From a virus (Duplodnaviria > Caudoviricetes): a DNA stretch of 64,000 bases. The notes beneath the pieces are model-generated. The model saw only the letters and a program-made list of their open reading frames with translations. It was not told the origin of the DNA and ran no database searches. This document shows positions 47,036-57,159 of this stretch, in pieces (positions within the stretch are counted from its first letter, which is position 1; the number at the start of each line of letters is the position of its first letter). Location of the stretch: IMG/VR virus record IMGVR_UViG_3300025389_001172, positions 77,322-141,321 of that record, one strand, 5' to 3'. The position numbers were made by a program, and so were the translations under genes.

Positions 47036-48693
47036 TTCTTTTTTGCCTTGGCACGGCCTGCCTTCATATTGGCTAGCCAGTGAGACATCCTGGCCTTTTC
47101 ACCTGTAGAGTGTTTGGCAGTGTTACGTAGGCTAGTGACTGAGGCCTTGGTATTGACTCCCATACGTTTGGCTAGGCCCTTGCGTCCAGGATGCTTGCCA
47201 TCAGCGAAGTTTTCTTCTATGCCTGCGAATGCTTGAATTTTGTATATTGCGAATTGATTTCCATTGACTACTTTGCTGGTCCATCCCGGTAGACTACCAG
47301 CTAACCGCTGTATCATCCTGGTATATAGTTTGGCTCTATTTGGTTCTGAGGCCCAGAAGTACAACATCACAGGCTTGTTCTTTTTGATATACTGTAGCAT
47401 AGCATTAACCACTATACCAAAGACTTCAGCGGCAGCTCCGGTACCTTCGATACCCATTTTATAATCACGAACTGATCTTCCTGTTTGGTTGAACATCACA
47501 TAACGACATCTGTCAAATATGTCGTCTGGGATACCTTCATCAAAGAAATCATCTGGACTTCCGTGATCTGGTTCTTGATATGGATGAGAAAAACTTAAAT
47601 TATATTGGACGCCATTGCTAGCGGTAAAAGTCATCTCAACTGATTCTGGGTCACTATTATCCCATTTTGCTTGTTTACCCGCATTGGTATCGAATATCTC
47701 ATCTAGGCCCTCGGTGATTGGTTTAGATGATAGATATTCTGGATACTGTTTGTTGAAGTGGCGCATTACGATACCAGCGACAGCGTGTGCTTCATTCTCG
47801 ATAGGTGATCCGGTACGACCACTGTCACTATCCAGCTGATGTTCAGTATCCTGTTTATAGTGTGTAAGCTCATGAGCCACGGTGCGCAGGATATCATTAG
47901 GATGTCGATTCATCAGCCCTACATAGAGAACATGCTCACCGTTCTCATACTTGCCAAAGGTAGGCTGTACATCATCATGTATGTGTGCTTCGAACTTCAT
48001 TCTAGGTAAATTCTTGAGACCTATATACTTCATAGCTATAGGAAGGAATTTTTCAAACATCTCTAAGAAGTTGTCTTTATGATCAGATAAGTTTTTACCT
48101 TCTGAGATAGGTTCTGTAGTACCTTCAGGTCCTACATAATAGGCACGGAAATCAATATCTGGGTATTCATTTTTGAGACTGTTGAATACATGTAGATTGC
48201 TATCCGAATCATCATATAGTCGTATGTGATCATACAGACCAGTATCAGCATACTTTCTTACGAACACAGCTTTCTTCTCAGCCGGGATAGCATCACCTGG
48301 TAGATTACCTGCACGATGCACATGTATCTGACTCATGTCTATTCCTAGATCGGTAAACGTCTTTAGGAATAGATCTCGATCATCAAAATCACTCCTAGCT
48401 GTAAGCATTATGACCTTGCTGTTTTCTCCATGTGCTAATATAGTCTTTAGCTTGCGGATCATGGGCCCAATAGGCCGGCTTTCTTTATTAAATTTTTCAG
48501 CTGACCGGAATTCTCCAAAATCAAATTCTTCACCTGGCTTTAGTTGGTACCGATTAAAATCTTGATTGGTCAGTCGTTGGACAATTTTGCCATCTTTGAC
48601 CACAGAAATTTGAGCAGTGGTATGTAATAATGTGTCATCTATGTCAAAGATGATTAGGTCTTTCTTTGAACGGCTAAACTCTCTAGCTCGCAT
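47032..48693 (-). CDS. multi-module protein: HAD phosphatase-like, HExxH metallopeptidase-like, further domain, basic tail
   Basis: FDIDDTL, LTAR, YDD; AHELTH..E; modules separated by ISE/ITE/IEE. Confidence 0.7.
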   Translation of the reverse strand: MRAREFSRSKKDLIIFDIDDTLLHTTAQISVVKDGKIVQRLTNQDFNRYQLKPGEEFDFGEFRSAEKFNKESRPIGPMIRKLKTILAHGENSKVIMLTARSDFDDRDLFLKTFTDLGIDMSQIHVHRAGNLPGDAIPAEKKAVFVRKYADTGLYDHIRLYDDSDSNLHVFNSLKNEYPDIDFRAYYVGPEGTTEPISEGKNLSDHKDNFLEMFEKFLPIAMKYIGLKNLPRMKFEAHIHDDVQPTFGKYENGEHVLYVGLMNRHPNDILRTVAHELTHYKQDTEHQLDSDSGRTGSPIENEAHAVAGIVMRHFNKQYPEYLSSKPITEGLDEIFDTNAGKQAKWDNSDPESVEMTFTASNGVQYNLSFSHPYQEPDHGSPDDFFDEGIPDDIFDRCRYVMFNQTGRSVRDYKMGIEGTGAAAEVFGIVVNAMLQYIKKNKPVMLYFWASEPNRAKLYTRMIQRLAGSLPGWTSKVVNGNQFAIYKIQAFAGIEENFADGKHPGRKGLAKRMGVNTKASVTSLRNTAKHSTGEKARMSHWLANMKAGRAKAKKK

Positions 48694-48695
48694 GA

Positions 48696-49865
48696 TTAGG
48701 CCTCTTTAGAGATTTCGTAGTCCGTCTCTGGATATTGTGGATATTTGTTCCGTAATTTAGATAACAGATGCTCTCGGCTGTCAGCAGGTATATGTGCTGT
48801 GCGATCGCTAGGAATGTGTCTCACTGTCCATGTACCTGGAGTGTTATCAGCATCACCTTCTTCAGCCTCTGGTTCTTGCTCGCCACTGGCATAGGATAGT
48901 GGGAACTTGGTTTTGAGATCATTTATTTCCTTGGATATGTCATAACCTTTACCATTGGTTAGGTCTTTGCTCATCACTGTGATCTGTTCAGCGTGACTGG
49001 CTATGGCATCAACTATTTCTTTCATCAGACCGGGGAACAGTTCTGCGAACTTTTGATCATTCTTAGATAGATTGTGGCGTCCACGATCATCTTGATCAGC
49101 ATTGACCAATTGATCAGTCACCGCATGCATCTGCCACTTGCCATCTTTGTTGTTCATATTGGTTTTATCTAGCACACTGACTATCATACCATCTGGAGCA
49201 TAGCGTGGAAACCATGTGGTACCACTCGATGAGCCTGTACAGAAATTGGCCTGATAGCCCGTTGAGTTGTTGAACACATAACATGAACCGTAGTCAAATG
49301 GTACCGTGACTAGGAAACGATCATTGTCGATCAAGGTAAGATCTTTTTTCTCACGCTTCATCTTTTCTATCTTCTCAGCATCTTTGATGCGTCTCAATTC
49401 GTGGCGATAGTCCGGATCATTGCGTAGTCGCTGTAGCTGTTTGATATTTGAAAACTTGTTGAAATCTTGATCGCGTGGTTTTAATAGGCCACGCTTGCTC
49501 AGTGCCGCCCATATACCTAGAGCATCACCACCTTCGCCATTGATATCTTCATAGTCTGCCTGTCCATTGATATACAGGCGGGTTAACCAATCATCGAATT
49601 TACCACCAGCTGATAGATCACCGTAGTCATTGCGACGGAGTGTGTCGTCGATGAGATCGCTCCATGCCTGTACCACTTGATCATCTGTAGGTTTTGGTCC
49701 CAGGCGAGCTACTATGTTTTTAGGTATAGTATGATCGTGGCGGAAGGCTATGGACAGCATCTTGGTCTGTTTAGGATCTTTAAGGATTTTAGCAGACACA
49801 TTAGCCTCTGTGACTTCAGATTCTTGGATCACATAAGGATGTTCTAGAATATGTGTTAGTTTCAT
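48696..49865 (-). CDS. hypothetical internal head protein
   Basis: MKLTHILE leader; ANFCT...KWQMH. Confidence 0.55.
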   Translation of the reverse strand: MKLTHILEHPYVIQESEVTEANVSAKILKDPKQTKMLSIAFRHDHTIPKNIVARLGPKPTDDQVVQAWSDLIDDTLRRNDYGDLSAGGKFDDWLTRLYINGQADYEDINGEGGDALGIWAALSKRGLLKPRDQDFNKFSNIKQLQRLRNDPDYRHELRRIKDAEKIEKMKREKKDLTLIDNDRFLVTVPFDYGSCYVFNNSTGYQANFCTGSSSGTTWFPRYAPDGMIVSVLDKTNMNNKDGKWQMHAVTDQLVNADQDDRGRHNLSKNDQKFAELFPGLMKEIVDAIASHAEQITVMSKDLTNGKGYDISKEINDLKTKFPLSYASGEQEPEAEEGDADNTPGTWTVRHIPSDRTAHIPADSREHLLSKLRNKYPQYPETDYEISKEA

Positions 49866-50737
49866 TATGATATTAGGCTTCGTTTGAAGAAACTCAGTAT
49901 GGTTCCTAGTTTTTTAGTATCACCGCTGGAGATATCTGCCAGTAGTTTATTTGCACCCTCATCACTACCGGGTCGATACTCTCCTCCATAGGATTTTGTA
50001 ATTTCCCGGGTGTCGTCTGGATAGTAATGGCTAGCGGCCAGTATTACCGCTGTCTTAACAGCTTTATTGAATATGTCAGGAATCCTGTCACTATCTTCGT
50101 TTTCTAGAGTAACTAGGGCATTACTTAAATCTCTCAACTGACTCAGTTTGGTAGATGCCTTGTCAAAACTATCATTCTTGACCATGATGCCTACCATACC
50201 TTTGATATCTGCTATGGCAGCCCTGGCAGCTCTTTCCCAAAGCGGTTTGAATTTAATCACTAACTTACTAGGCGACATAGGACTACCGGCAGCACTTTGT
50301 TTTTGACCAGCACGTTTGGTCTGTATGTCTTTGACAGTGCCTTTTTCATCGCCTGTGTAAAAAGCTGAAGGTTTTCCACCTAGCCGTTCTTTGAGGAAAT
50401 CCATGATGGTGCCACCACGATTATTGCTAAAAGTTTCAACTTCTCCACCAGTACTGGCAAGTGCCATATAGCTGCCATGGGTCTGTTTGATAGCACCAAC
50501 TCCTCGGGGATATTTCATGATGACCCAAGATCCTCGATAGTTGTCTTTGAGATCGCTCCAGCTGATCTTGTCTAGCTTCCTATATGACTGATCGTGACTT
50601 AGCCGTTCTTTTTGGTGTAGATACTTGACCACTTCTTGGCCACCTGGTAGACCTTTAATGAGATCCATGGTAGTGCTGGCTTCGAATATGATGCTTTCAC
50701 AGAGTTGGGCAAATAGCTGATGTGTCTGTAGATTCAT
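49865..50737 (-). CDS. hypothetical virion protein
   Basis: TAAATA 5 nt upstream; LCE/IFE sites. Confidence 0.6.
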   Translation of the reverse strand: MNLQTHQLFAQLCESIIFEASTTMDLIKGLPGGQEVVKYLHQKERLSHDQSYRKLDKISWSDLKDNYRGSWVIMKYPRGVGAIKQTHGSYMALASTGGEVETFSNNRGGTIMDFLKERLGGKPSAFYTGDEKGTVKDIQTKRAGQKQSAAGSPMSPSKLVIKFKPLWERAARAAIADIKGMVGIMVKNDSFDKASTKLSQLRDLSNALVTLENEDSDRIPDIFNKAVKTAVILAASHYYPDDTREITKSYGGEYRPGSDEGANKLLADISSGDTKKLGTILSFFKRSLIS

Positions 50738-50758
50738 ATGGGTATTTATCTAAATTCA

Positions 50759-50831
50759 GTGCTGTTTCTAATCTCCGGGCACGACTCCTTTGACTAGGGT
50801 ACAGCGAACCCACACGGTCCTAAGGCGTGTT
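50759..50831 (-). ncRNA. candidate pseudoknotted small RNA
   Basis: Between TAAATA elements at 50837-50842 and 50743-50748; three stems plus loop-distal complementarity. Confidence 0.4.
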
Positions 50832-50873
50832 CAACTTATTTATCAGTAGATCTGTAGGTACTTAAATACCTGT

Positions 50874-51521
50874 ATGACACAACGAATATACCTACACAAA
50901 GAAGAACTATGGGGAAGACCCGACGTTATCAACTATGTTGATCAATTGAAGTCAAAAACTCCAAATTTTAGCCTATTAGACATCGGTGCTACCCATAATC
51001 CCTTCGATAAACGCTACCTAACTCATACTTTTGACCTACGCCCGGCTGGACGTACAGACGTACAGGAATTCGCAGGCAATCTCAATGTCGCCGAAGATTG
51101 GCAGGCATTGTTTGACCATGTTGAACAGCATGGTAAATTCACATTCTGTAATTGCACTCATACCTTAGAGGACATAGCAGATCCTATGATAGCATTACGA
51201 TACATGCCCATGATAGCAGAACAGGGATTCATCGCTGTGCCCAGCAAATACTATGAGCTACAGCGTAGAGAATCATTTAGAGGTGCCATACATCATCGCT
51301 GGATATGGAACAACCAAGGCGATCGACTCATAGGCTATCCAAAGATAAATCTCATAGAATATATCAGCTATGGAGAGTATGACCGGGTCATACAGGAACA
51401 GAGCGAGACCGAACTACGCTTGTTCTGGAGTGATAGTATAGACTATGAGATCATCAACAACGACTATCTAGGACCTACTAGAGAAGCCGTTATTGATATG
51501 TACGTCAATCTAATCTACTAG
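50874..51521 (+). CDS. SAM-dependent methyltransferase-like protein
   Basis: LLDIGA, CTHTLED, FIAVP, HHRW. Confidence 0.65.
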   Translation: MTQRIYLHKEELWGRPDVINYVDQLKSKTPNFSLLDIGATHNPFDKRYLTHTFDLRPAGRTDVQEFAGNLNVAEDWQALFDHVEQHGKFTFCNCTHTLEDIADPMIALRYMPMIAEQGFIAVPSKYYELQRRESFRGAIHHRWIWNNQGDRLIGYPKINLIEYISYGEYDRVIQEQSETELRLFWSDSIDYEIINNDYLGPTREAVIDMYVNLIY

Positions 51522-54500
51522 ATCCTAGTGAAATGATAGTCACCGTCCGGAGCAGAGTCGTTTGATACTGAAAATCGAGCTGTGACTAAACGGAATCCCA
51601 GACTTTCTACATAGGCTATAACTTCCTCATCTAGAGGAGCTCCTGTGTTGTACTTGATCTTCTGTAGTTCTAGTATCAGGTCTCGACAGCTCTTCAAGGA
51701 TTCTTCAGCGCCTTTTAGTATATCCATCTCTGCTCCCTGTACATCCATCTTGATCAAGTCTGCTGGCGGGAATCCCTTGAGCTTGACCACAGTGTCTAGG
51801 GTGATAGACTGTTTCACTACCTTGTGTGCTTCGCTGAATAGATGTTCGGCAGCAGGGCTAAACTCTTCGTTTTCTCTGTAGTAGCTGTTGCCACCGGGGT
51901 GTTCTGTGTTTTCATAGAATTCAATCACCTTGCCATCTTCATCACTGAGTAGTCCTAGATTGTATTTGAGTCCGGCTTCTTGATATAGGAATTCTGTAGC
52001 GTCCATGGCCTCGCACACACAGAACTCTGCATCGGGCCATATGACCTTGGCCTTGTTGGTCCAATGTAAGACACAGGCTCCTATGTCATATACGACCTTG
52101 GGTTTGACACCCATCTCATCACGCATACGCTGTAGATATTCAACATGCTTCAAGGGCAGAAGATCCCATGATCCTAACTCACGCAGTCTACGCTGTTCGG
52201 GCGGCTCTTGTGATTTCGCAGGCATATCTCGATCCACACGGAAGGTATAACTGCCAGTATGATCACAGATCACATCAGTGTCACACCATATGGTAAATCC
52301 ATGCTCTCGGGCTCGCATACAGAAGAATACATCTTCACTGATGGTATCAGCATGATCTATGGCACTCTTATAGACGAAATGCGGATACGGTATACCCGCG
52401 AATACTTCTTTCTTGATCAGCACACAACCAAAACCACACCCGTCTACGGGAACTAGTCCCTTGCCTTTGATCTCGGCCCAGTCAACGTGTGAGACGCCAC
52501 CCTGTGCATTACTGCGCATGACTTCTATAGTATGTGTGCCGGAAATACGCTGTATGTATACTCCACAGACCATATCTCTATCATGACTTAAAAGCCTTTC
52601 TAGCGTATCGGGTGGGAAACTGATATCACTGTCCACAGCGAATAGGTAATCGAATCCATTGCGTATGGTCCAGTGTGCTATGAGATTACGCACCTGTTCG
52701 ACCTGATATCCCCAGAAGTATTGGAAATGTGTTTCATAACCTTCGGGTACTGTTAGATCGTAGATGCTCTTGAAGGTGTCGGCTTCTATATTGCGATTGG
52801 TAGGGATAGCTATCAATATGCGTTTTTTGGCCCGGGGCTGTGAGCGCCTAGGCTGTGGATTGTCTGAAGGACTCAGTCCCGTAGGTACTACTGCGGCTAT
52901 GGCACGATCCTGCTCTTCACGATTGATCTTGTAGTCATTGTAGGGGCTGGCATCATTATAGTTATAGACTATGTCTGGAACAGCCAACACACGATCAGGA
53001 TCTGCGTTTATGATACCTGCGTAGAACATGGCCAGATCATTACCTGCTTTGAACCAATTACCTTCTGCGTCCTGGAAATCTTTGTCCTGCACGAACATGA
53101 GGAACTTGGCTTTCAAGGTCCTTAGATGTGTGTAGGGTATGTTCCAGTTGAATCTGTAATTTTTATAGGATTTGTTTTCTCGTACTTCTGGCGGATAAGG
53201 TTGTGCTATCAACGGAATACTGTCAACCATACTCCAGCAAGATCCATAGGTAAAATCATAGTCATCATGCAGATGATTATAGTAATCGAACACGTCAGGA
53301 CGATTGACCAAGCTGTCATCGCCGTCTAGCATCATGATGATATCATCTGGGTTCTGTTTACGTAAGGTAGTGACATAGTTGTATCCTGCACCTTGATTTT
53401 CTGTATTACGGATCACACGGAATTTGTTTCTGATATTCTCTGGTAGATCTTCTATCATCCTACGAGCTACTGTATAACTATCATCATCGCTGGCATCATC
53501 TATGAGTATGTGTTCATAGTTATCATAGTCCTGTGCGGCCACAGATGCTATGCAACGAGCTATGAATTGTTCTGCCCTATAGAAAGGACTGATGACCACG
53601 ATCTTTTTCTCCGGACCTTGTTTAGGAGCCAACCATTCTTCCGCACTGCTGTTCCGTCTGTTGAACACGCGATGATATTTGTTCTTGGTGTAGGCCACCT
53701 GTTGGCTTTCTTCTCTGCTGAGATATAGATCTAACTTGTTATAGATGTGCTGTTTCCACTCTAGGGCTGTGACTTCCCAGCCTACTAGATCCTTGATCTC
53801 ATCTAACCTCTCCATACGCTGGCGATGACCTTGAGGATCATTGTAGGCTGCCACTGCCAACTCTACGATCTGATCTGCCTGTTTCTCCGGATCAATGTTG
53901 GGGAATAATCCATTAGGCACTGCGGCATAGTCGATCATGTAGCTGAGATCGGTAGCAGTTTCTTCTATGGCACCAAATCTACAGGTTATCAGAGGTGTAT
54001 TGGCATACAGTGATTCCAGCGTGCTGATGCCATAGGTCTCAGGCAGGGCCGCAGGATAGATGAAATAACTGGCTGAGGCACAGTGTTCTGCTACTTCACT
54101 CTGTGGGATGATACCTGTGAACGTGATAGTAGGATCGCCATAGCTGGCACTGGCTATCTTGTCGAATTCTTCTTTTTCGTTGTCGTGGGCGAAGGCCGAC
54201 CCTAGTTTATAGAATCCACCTATGACTGTTAATCGGGCATCCGGTAAACGTGTTTTTATCTTAGGCCATATACGATTTAGCAGAGGATCTAGTCCTTTGC
54301 TCATATTAGCATTGAATATAAACTTGTTAGGATCCTTGCTGTCAAGATCTACTGAGTCAAAATACTTGACCATGCCGTTGCGGGTAACCCACATCTTGCG
54401 GCGTAGCACTTCGAAACTGCGGAACTGTGGATGGCTACAGGTCATCACATACATGGCATGGAAGTCGCTGAGCGTCCATATCTCATCTATGGCTCCGCCT

Positions 54501-56278
54501 GCTGTTAGGAACTCTAGTGCATCATCTCCCCAGCAGAATGTGTCGTGCATCCAAAATACTTTCAACTTGGCATGCTTACGGATGTATTCGAAATCTCTAT
54601 AGTTAAACTTGCGATTAGTAGTCTGGGGGTAATCGTACCAGTTTTTAGTTATGAAAGGAGTCACACAGCGACTGCTGATGACCACATCGAAACGTTCTGT
54701 ATTGGCGGCTATGTCTGACAATGGTCTATAGATGACATCATCGTAGACTCCGGGACGGTTTCCATCCTCGTCACAGCCGTTGAACACAGTGACATCGAAG
54801 CCCATCTGCTGTAGCTGTTTGCTGACCAATATCACTGCGCTTTCGCTACCACCCATGCCCTTCTTAGCCAGTGTGCTTCCATCATAGGCCATGCCTACGA
54901 TGTCAATGAAGGCCAGCTTGACACGAGGATTAGGCAGACTGGTTAGGCTGTCTGGCTTGACACGATCGACTATTTCTTCTCTGTTGATGTATCTGCGACC
55001 GAAGACCTTATGCACACGATAGTTTATCCAATCAACACGTGCCTGTTCATGATCTGTCAAGGTCATACCGAATCGGCTGAAGAAATGCTGTTTCCACTGT
55101 AGGGCCACTGTATCCCAAGTACTAACATCTTTGGCAGCATTACAGGCATACTGTTTCTGTTGATGCAGGTAGGGATTGTTTTTGATCTGTAGAACCATCT
55201 GGGCATAGGCCTCTGCTTGACGATCTGCATCAATCCAGGGAAATAGGCCATTGGGCTCTATAGCGTAGTCTATGAAATAGCTGGCAGTGTCAGTGGCTGA
55301 CTCTTCCATAGCACCGAATCGTGTGCCTATTACGGGAGTATTATAGTTGATGCTTTCTATTGAACTGATGCCCGATGTCTCTGGGTAGGCGCCTGGATAT
55401 AGGAAAGCCGTGGCCTTGGCCATGATCTCAGCTATTTGGGGTTGCGGTATGATGCCTGTGAACTCTATAGAGGGATCACGTTCTGTGAGTTTCTGCAGTT
55501 CTACGACCTGTTGATTAGCAGGACTCAGTCCAGACTCGTCTCGGAAGCGATAGTAGCCTCCTATGATCTTCAGCTTGGCCTTAGGCTGTGCGGCCTTGAT
55601 CTTGGGCCATATCTTACGGACCAGTGGTTCCATGCCCTTGGTCACTGAAGCATTATAGACAAATAGGTCTGGATCTTTGGCCTTGATATCGACCCAATCT
55701 ATATATCTGTTGATGGCGTTGCGAGTGTGGAATATGCAATTCTTTATAACTTCGAAGTTACGTCGAGGACCGTGTGCGAATGTATTAGCCACATAGCTGA
55801 TATGCCAGTCACTGATCAGGAATACTTCATCTATATAGTGATTGATCAGCAGAGGTTCCATGAGATGATCACCCCAGATGAAGGTGTCCTGCATCCACAG
55901 GATCTTTAACTGTCCGGGACGCTGTAGCTGCCGGAACAGTTCTGGATCGAAATCTCTAGGAGGTGGTTGCTTGACCTGATCGTATAGGTGTATAGGAGTA
56001 AACGGAATCACAGTGCGCTGACTGATCACTATGTTGAACTGATAGTCTCTATCTGCTAGTGCTGTAACAGGATAGTATACTACCCCATCATAGGTTCCGG
56101 GACTGGTTTCGTTAGTGAGGCAGTCATTGAAAACTGACACTTCAAATCCCAGTTTAACCAGTTCTCGGGCTATGGATATGATACTGCTTTCACTGCCTCC
56201 GATGCCTTTTTTACTCAGTGTGGTGCCATCATAGTTTAAGCCAATGATGTCTACTATGGCTATTTTTAGTTTTGTCAT
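51518..56278 (-). CDS. multi-domain glycosyltransferase (2x GT4, GT2, GT-A) with C-terminal FkbM methyltransferase
   Basis: Two GGSES...YP..ET.GIS.LES modules; IDDAS, LDGDD; VDSD..GFGC..SED; YDIGA, IKMDVQGAE. Confidence 0.88.
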   Translation of the reverse strand: MTKLKIAIVDIIGLNYDGTTLSKKGIGGSESSIISIARELVKLGFEVSVFNDCLTNETSPGTYDGVVYYPVTALADRDYQFNIVISQRTVIPFTPIHLYDQVKQPPPRDFDPELFRQLQRPGQLKILWMQDTFIWGDHLMEPLLINHYIDEVFLISDWHISYVANTFAHGPRRNFEVIKNCIFHTRNAINRYIDWVDIKAKDPDLFVYNASVTKGMEPLVRKIWPKIKAAQPKAKLKIIGGYYRFRDESGLSPANQQVVELQKLTERDPSIEFTGIIPQPQIAEIMAKATAFLYPGAYPETSGISSIESINYNTPVIGTRFGAMEESATDTASYFIDYAIEPNGLFPWIDADRQAEAYAQMVLQIKNNPYLHQQKQYACNAAKDVSTWDTVALQWKQHFFSRFGMTLTDHEQARVDWINYRVHKVFGRRYINREEIVDRVKPDSLTSLPNPRVKLAFIDIVGMAYDGSTLAKKGMGGSESAVILVSKQLQQMGFDVTVFNGCDEDGNRPGVYDDVIYRPLSDIAANTERFDVVISSRCVTPFITKNWYDYPQTTNRKFNYRDFEYIRKHAKLKVFWMHDTFCWGDDALEFLTAGGAIDEIWTLSDFHAMYVMTCSHPQFRSFEVLRRKMWVTRNGMVKYFDSVDLDSKDPNKFIFNANMSKGLDPLLNRIWPKIKTRLPDARLTVIGGFYKLGSAFAHDNEKEEFDKIASASYGDPTITFTGIIPQSEVAEHCASASYFIYPAALPETYGISTLESLYANTPLITCRFGAIEETATDLSYMIDYAAVPNGLFPNIDPEKQADQIVELAVAAYNDPQGHRQRMERLDEIKDLVGWEVTALEWKQHIYNKLDLYLSREESQQVAYTKNKYHRVFNRRNSSAEEWLAPKQGPEKKIVVISPFYRAEQFIARCIASVAAQDYDNYEHILIDDASDDDSYTVARRMIEDLPENIRNKFRVIRNTENQGAGYNYVTTLRKQNPDDIIMMLDGDDSLVNRPDVFDYYNHLHDDYDFTYGSCWSMVDSIPLIAQPYPPEVRENKSYKNYRFNWNIPYTHLRTLKAKFLMFVQDKDFQDAEGNWFKAGNDLAMFYAGIINADPDRVLAVPDIVYNYNDASPYNDYKINREEQDRAIAAVVPTGLSPSDNPQPRRSQPRAKKRILIAIPTNRNIEADTFKSIYDLTVPEGYETHFQYFWGYQVEQVRNLIAHWTIRNGFDYLFAVDSDISFPPDTLERLLSHDRDMVCGVYIQRISGTHTIEVMRSNAQGGVSHVDWAEIKGKGLVPVDGCGFGCVLIKKEVFAGIPYPHFVYKSAIDHADTISEDVFFCMRAREHGFTIWCDTDVICDHTGSYTFRVDRDMPAKSQEPPEQRRLRELGSWDLLPLKHVEYLQRMRDEMGVKPKVVYDIGACVLHWTNKAKVIWPDAEFCVCEAMDATEFLYQEAGLKYNLGLLSDEDGKVIEFYENTEHPGGNSYYRENEEFSPAAEHLFSEAHKVVKQSITLDTVVKLKGFPPADLIKMDVQGAEMDILKGAEESLKSCRDLILELQKIKYNTGAPLDEEVIAYVESLGFRLVTARFSVSNDSAPDGDYHFTRI

Positions 56279-56279
56279 A

Positions 56280-56810
56280 TTATTCTAGGTATAATCTCAA
56301 TAGGCTAGTCCCGCGTACTTCTGATCGAGGATATATTTTGCGTATCCAATTATAGTACACGTGCCTGTCTGGCGAGTAATCGTGGATCAGCACAGGTGCA
56401 TGTCTGTTCTTGGCCAGGCCCAACAGCATCAGTGCGATAGTACAGCGTGCTATACCGTCGATGAAATACAGATCGCCTTCTAAGACAAATTCTCCGGGGA
56501 ATATGTAATCATCGAGTCCTATAGGATTTTCTTCTTCTGGTCTACCATATCCGTGATCATAGCAGTTGGGTTTGACTGGCCTATACATATAGTTACAAAG
56601 GATATCGTTATCTGCTAGTAGTTGATTTATCTTGTTAAACCATTCTAGGTTGTGTTCTATAGATGTATAGGTTTTCCCATCAGATAGATCTTTACCAAAT
56701 GTTATTGTACTCCCTCCACTACCCCATTCTATTATCTTAGAGTTGGGTGCTAGTCCGCCTATCAGATCAGTCATGATGGCGATTTCATCAGGGTGCATTA
56801 CTGGAATCAT
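56280..56810 (-). CDS. methyltransferase-like protein
   Basis: IEWGSGGST, SIEH, FIDG..R, IHD. Confidence 0.75.
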   Translation of the reverse strand: MIPVMHPDEIAIMTDLIGGLAPNSKIIEWGSGGSTITFGKDLSDGKTYTSIEHNLEWFNKINQLLADNDILCNYMYRPVKPNCYDHGYGRPEEENPIGLDDYIFPGEFVLEGDLYFIDGIARCTIALMLLGLAKNRHAPVLIHDYSPDRHVYYNWIRKIYPRSEVRGTSLLRLYLE

Positions 56811-56892
56811 TGTGAACCTTTTGTGTTTGTTTATTTAAGCGTGCTCTAGTATAGCATAAAAGAAAACTGACTGTCAATGCAGTCAGCTTTGT

Positions 56893-57066
56893 CTAGTGCG
56901 GTGCGTAGGGATTTACGGGTCGATCTGTATCATCATCTTCAGGATATACCGGATAAGGACGAGTCCATACTATACCTGTCCAGGTGTAGGGTAGTTGGCC
57001 CTCTACCATATAGGTATCTCCTACTTTGGGATCCTTTGGCAAATCGTTGAGGCTATCTACTTTCAT
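56893..57066 (-). CDS. small hypothetical protein
   Basis: MKVDSLNDLPKDPKVGDTY..YTWTG..W. Confidence 0.55.
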   Translation of the reverse strand: MKVDSLNDLPKDPKVGDTYMVEGQLPYTWTGIVWTRPYPVYPEDDDTDRPVNPYAPH

Positions 57067-57084
57067 ATATGAGTATTTAATCGA

Positions 57085-57159
57085 TAAATAAGATGTAGTT
57101 CGCGATACTGGAATATCCAACTACTCTAACGCTATACGGAGCATCAGCAATGATATTTA
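57085..57159. repeat. homing-endonuclease leader element, copy 1
   Basis: TAAATA..GTAGTTCGCGAT-N8-ATCCAACTACTCTAACGCT..GGAGCA.TCAGC-N5-TATTTA; inverted copy at 59067-59144. Confidence 0.85.
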
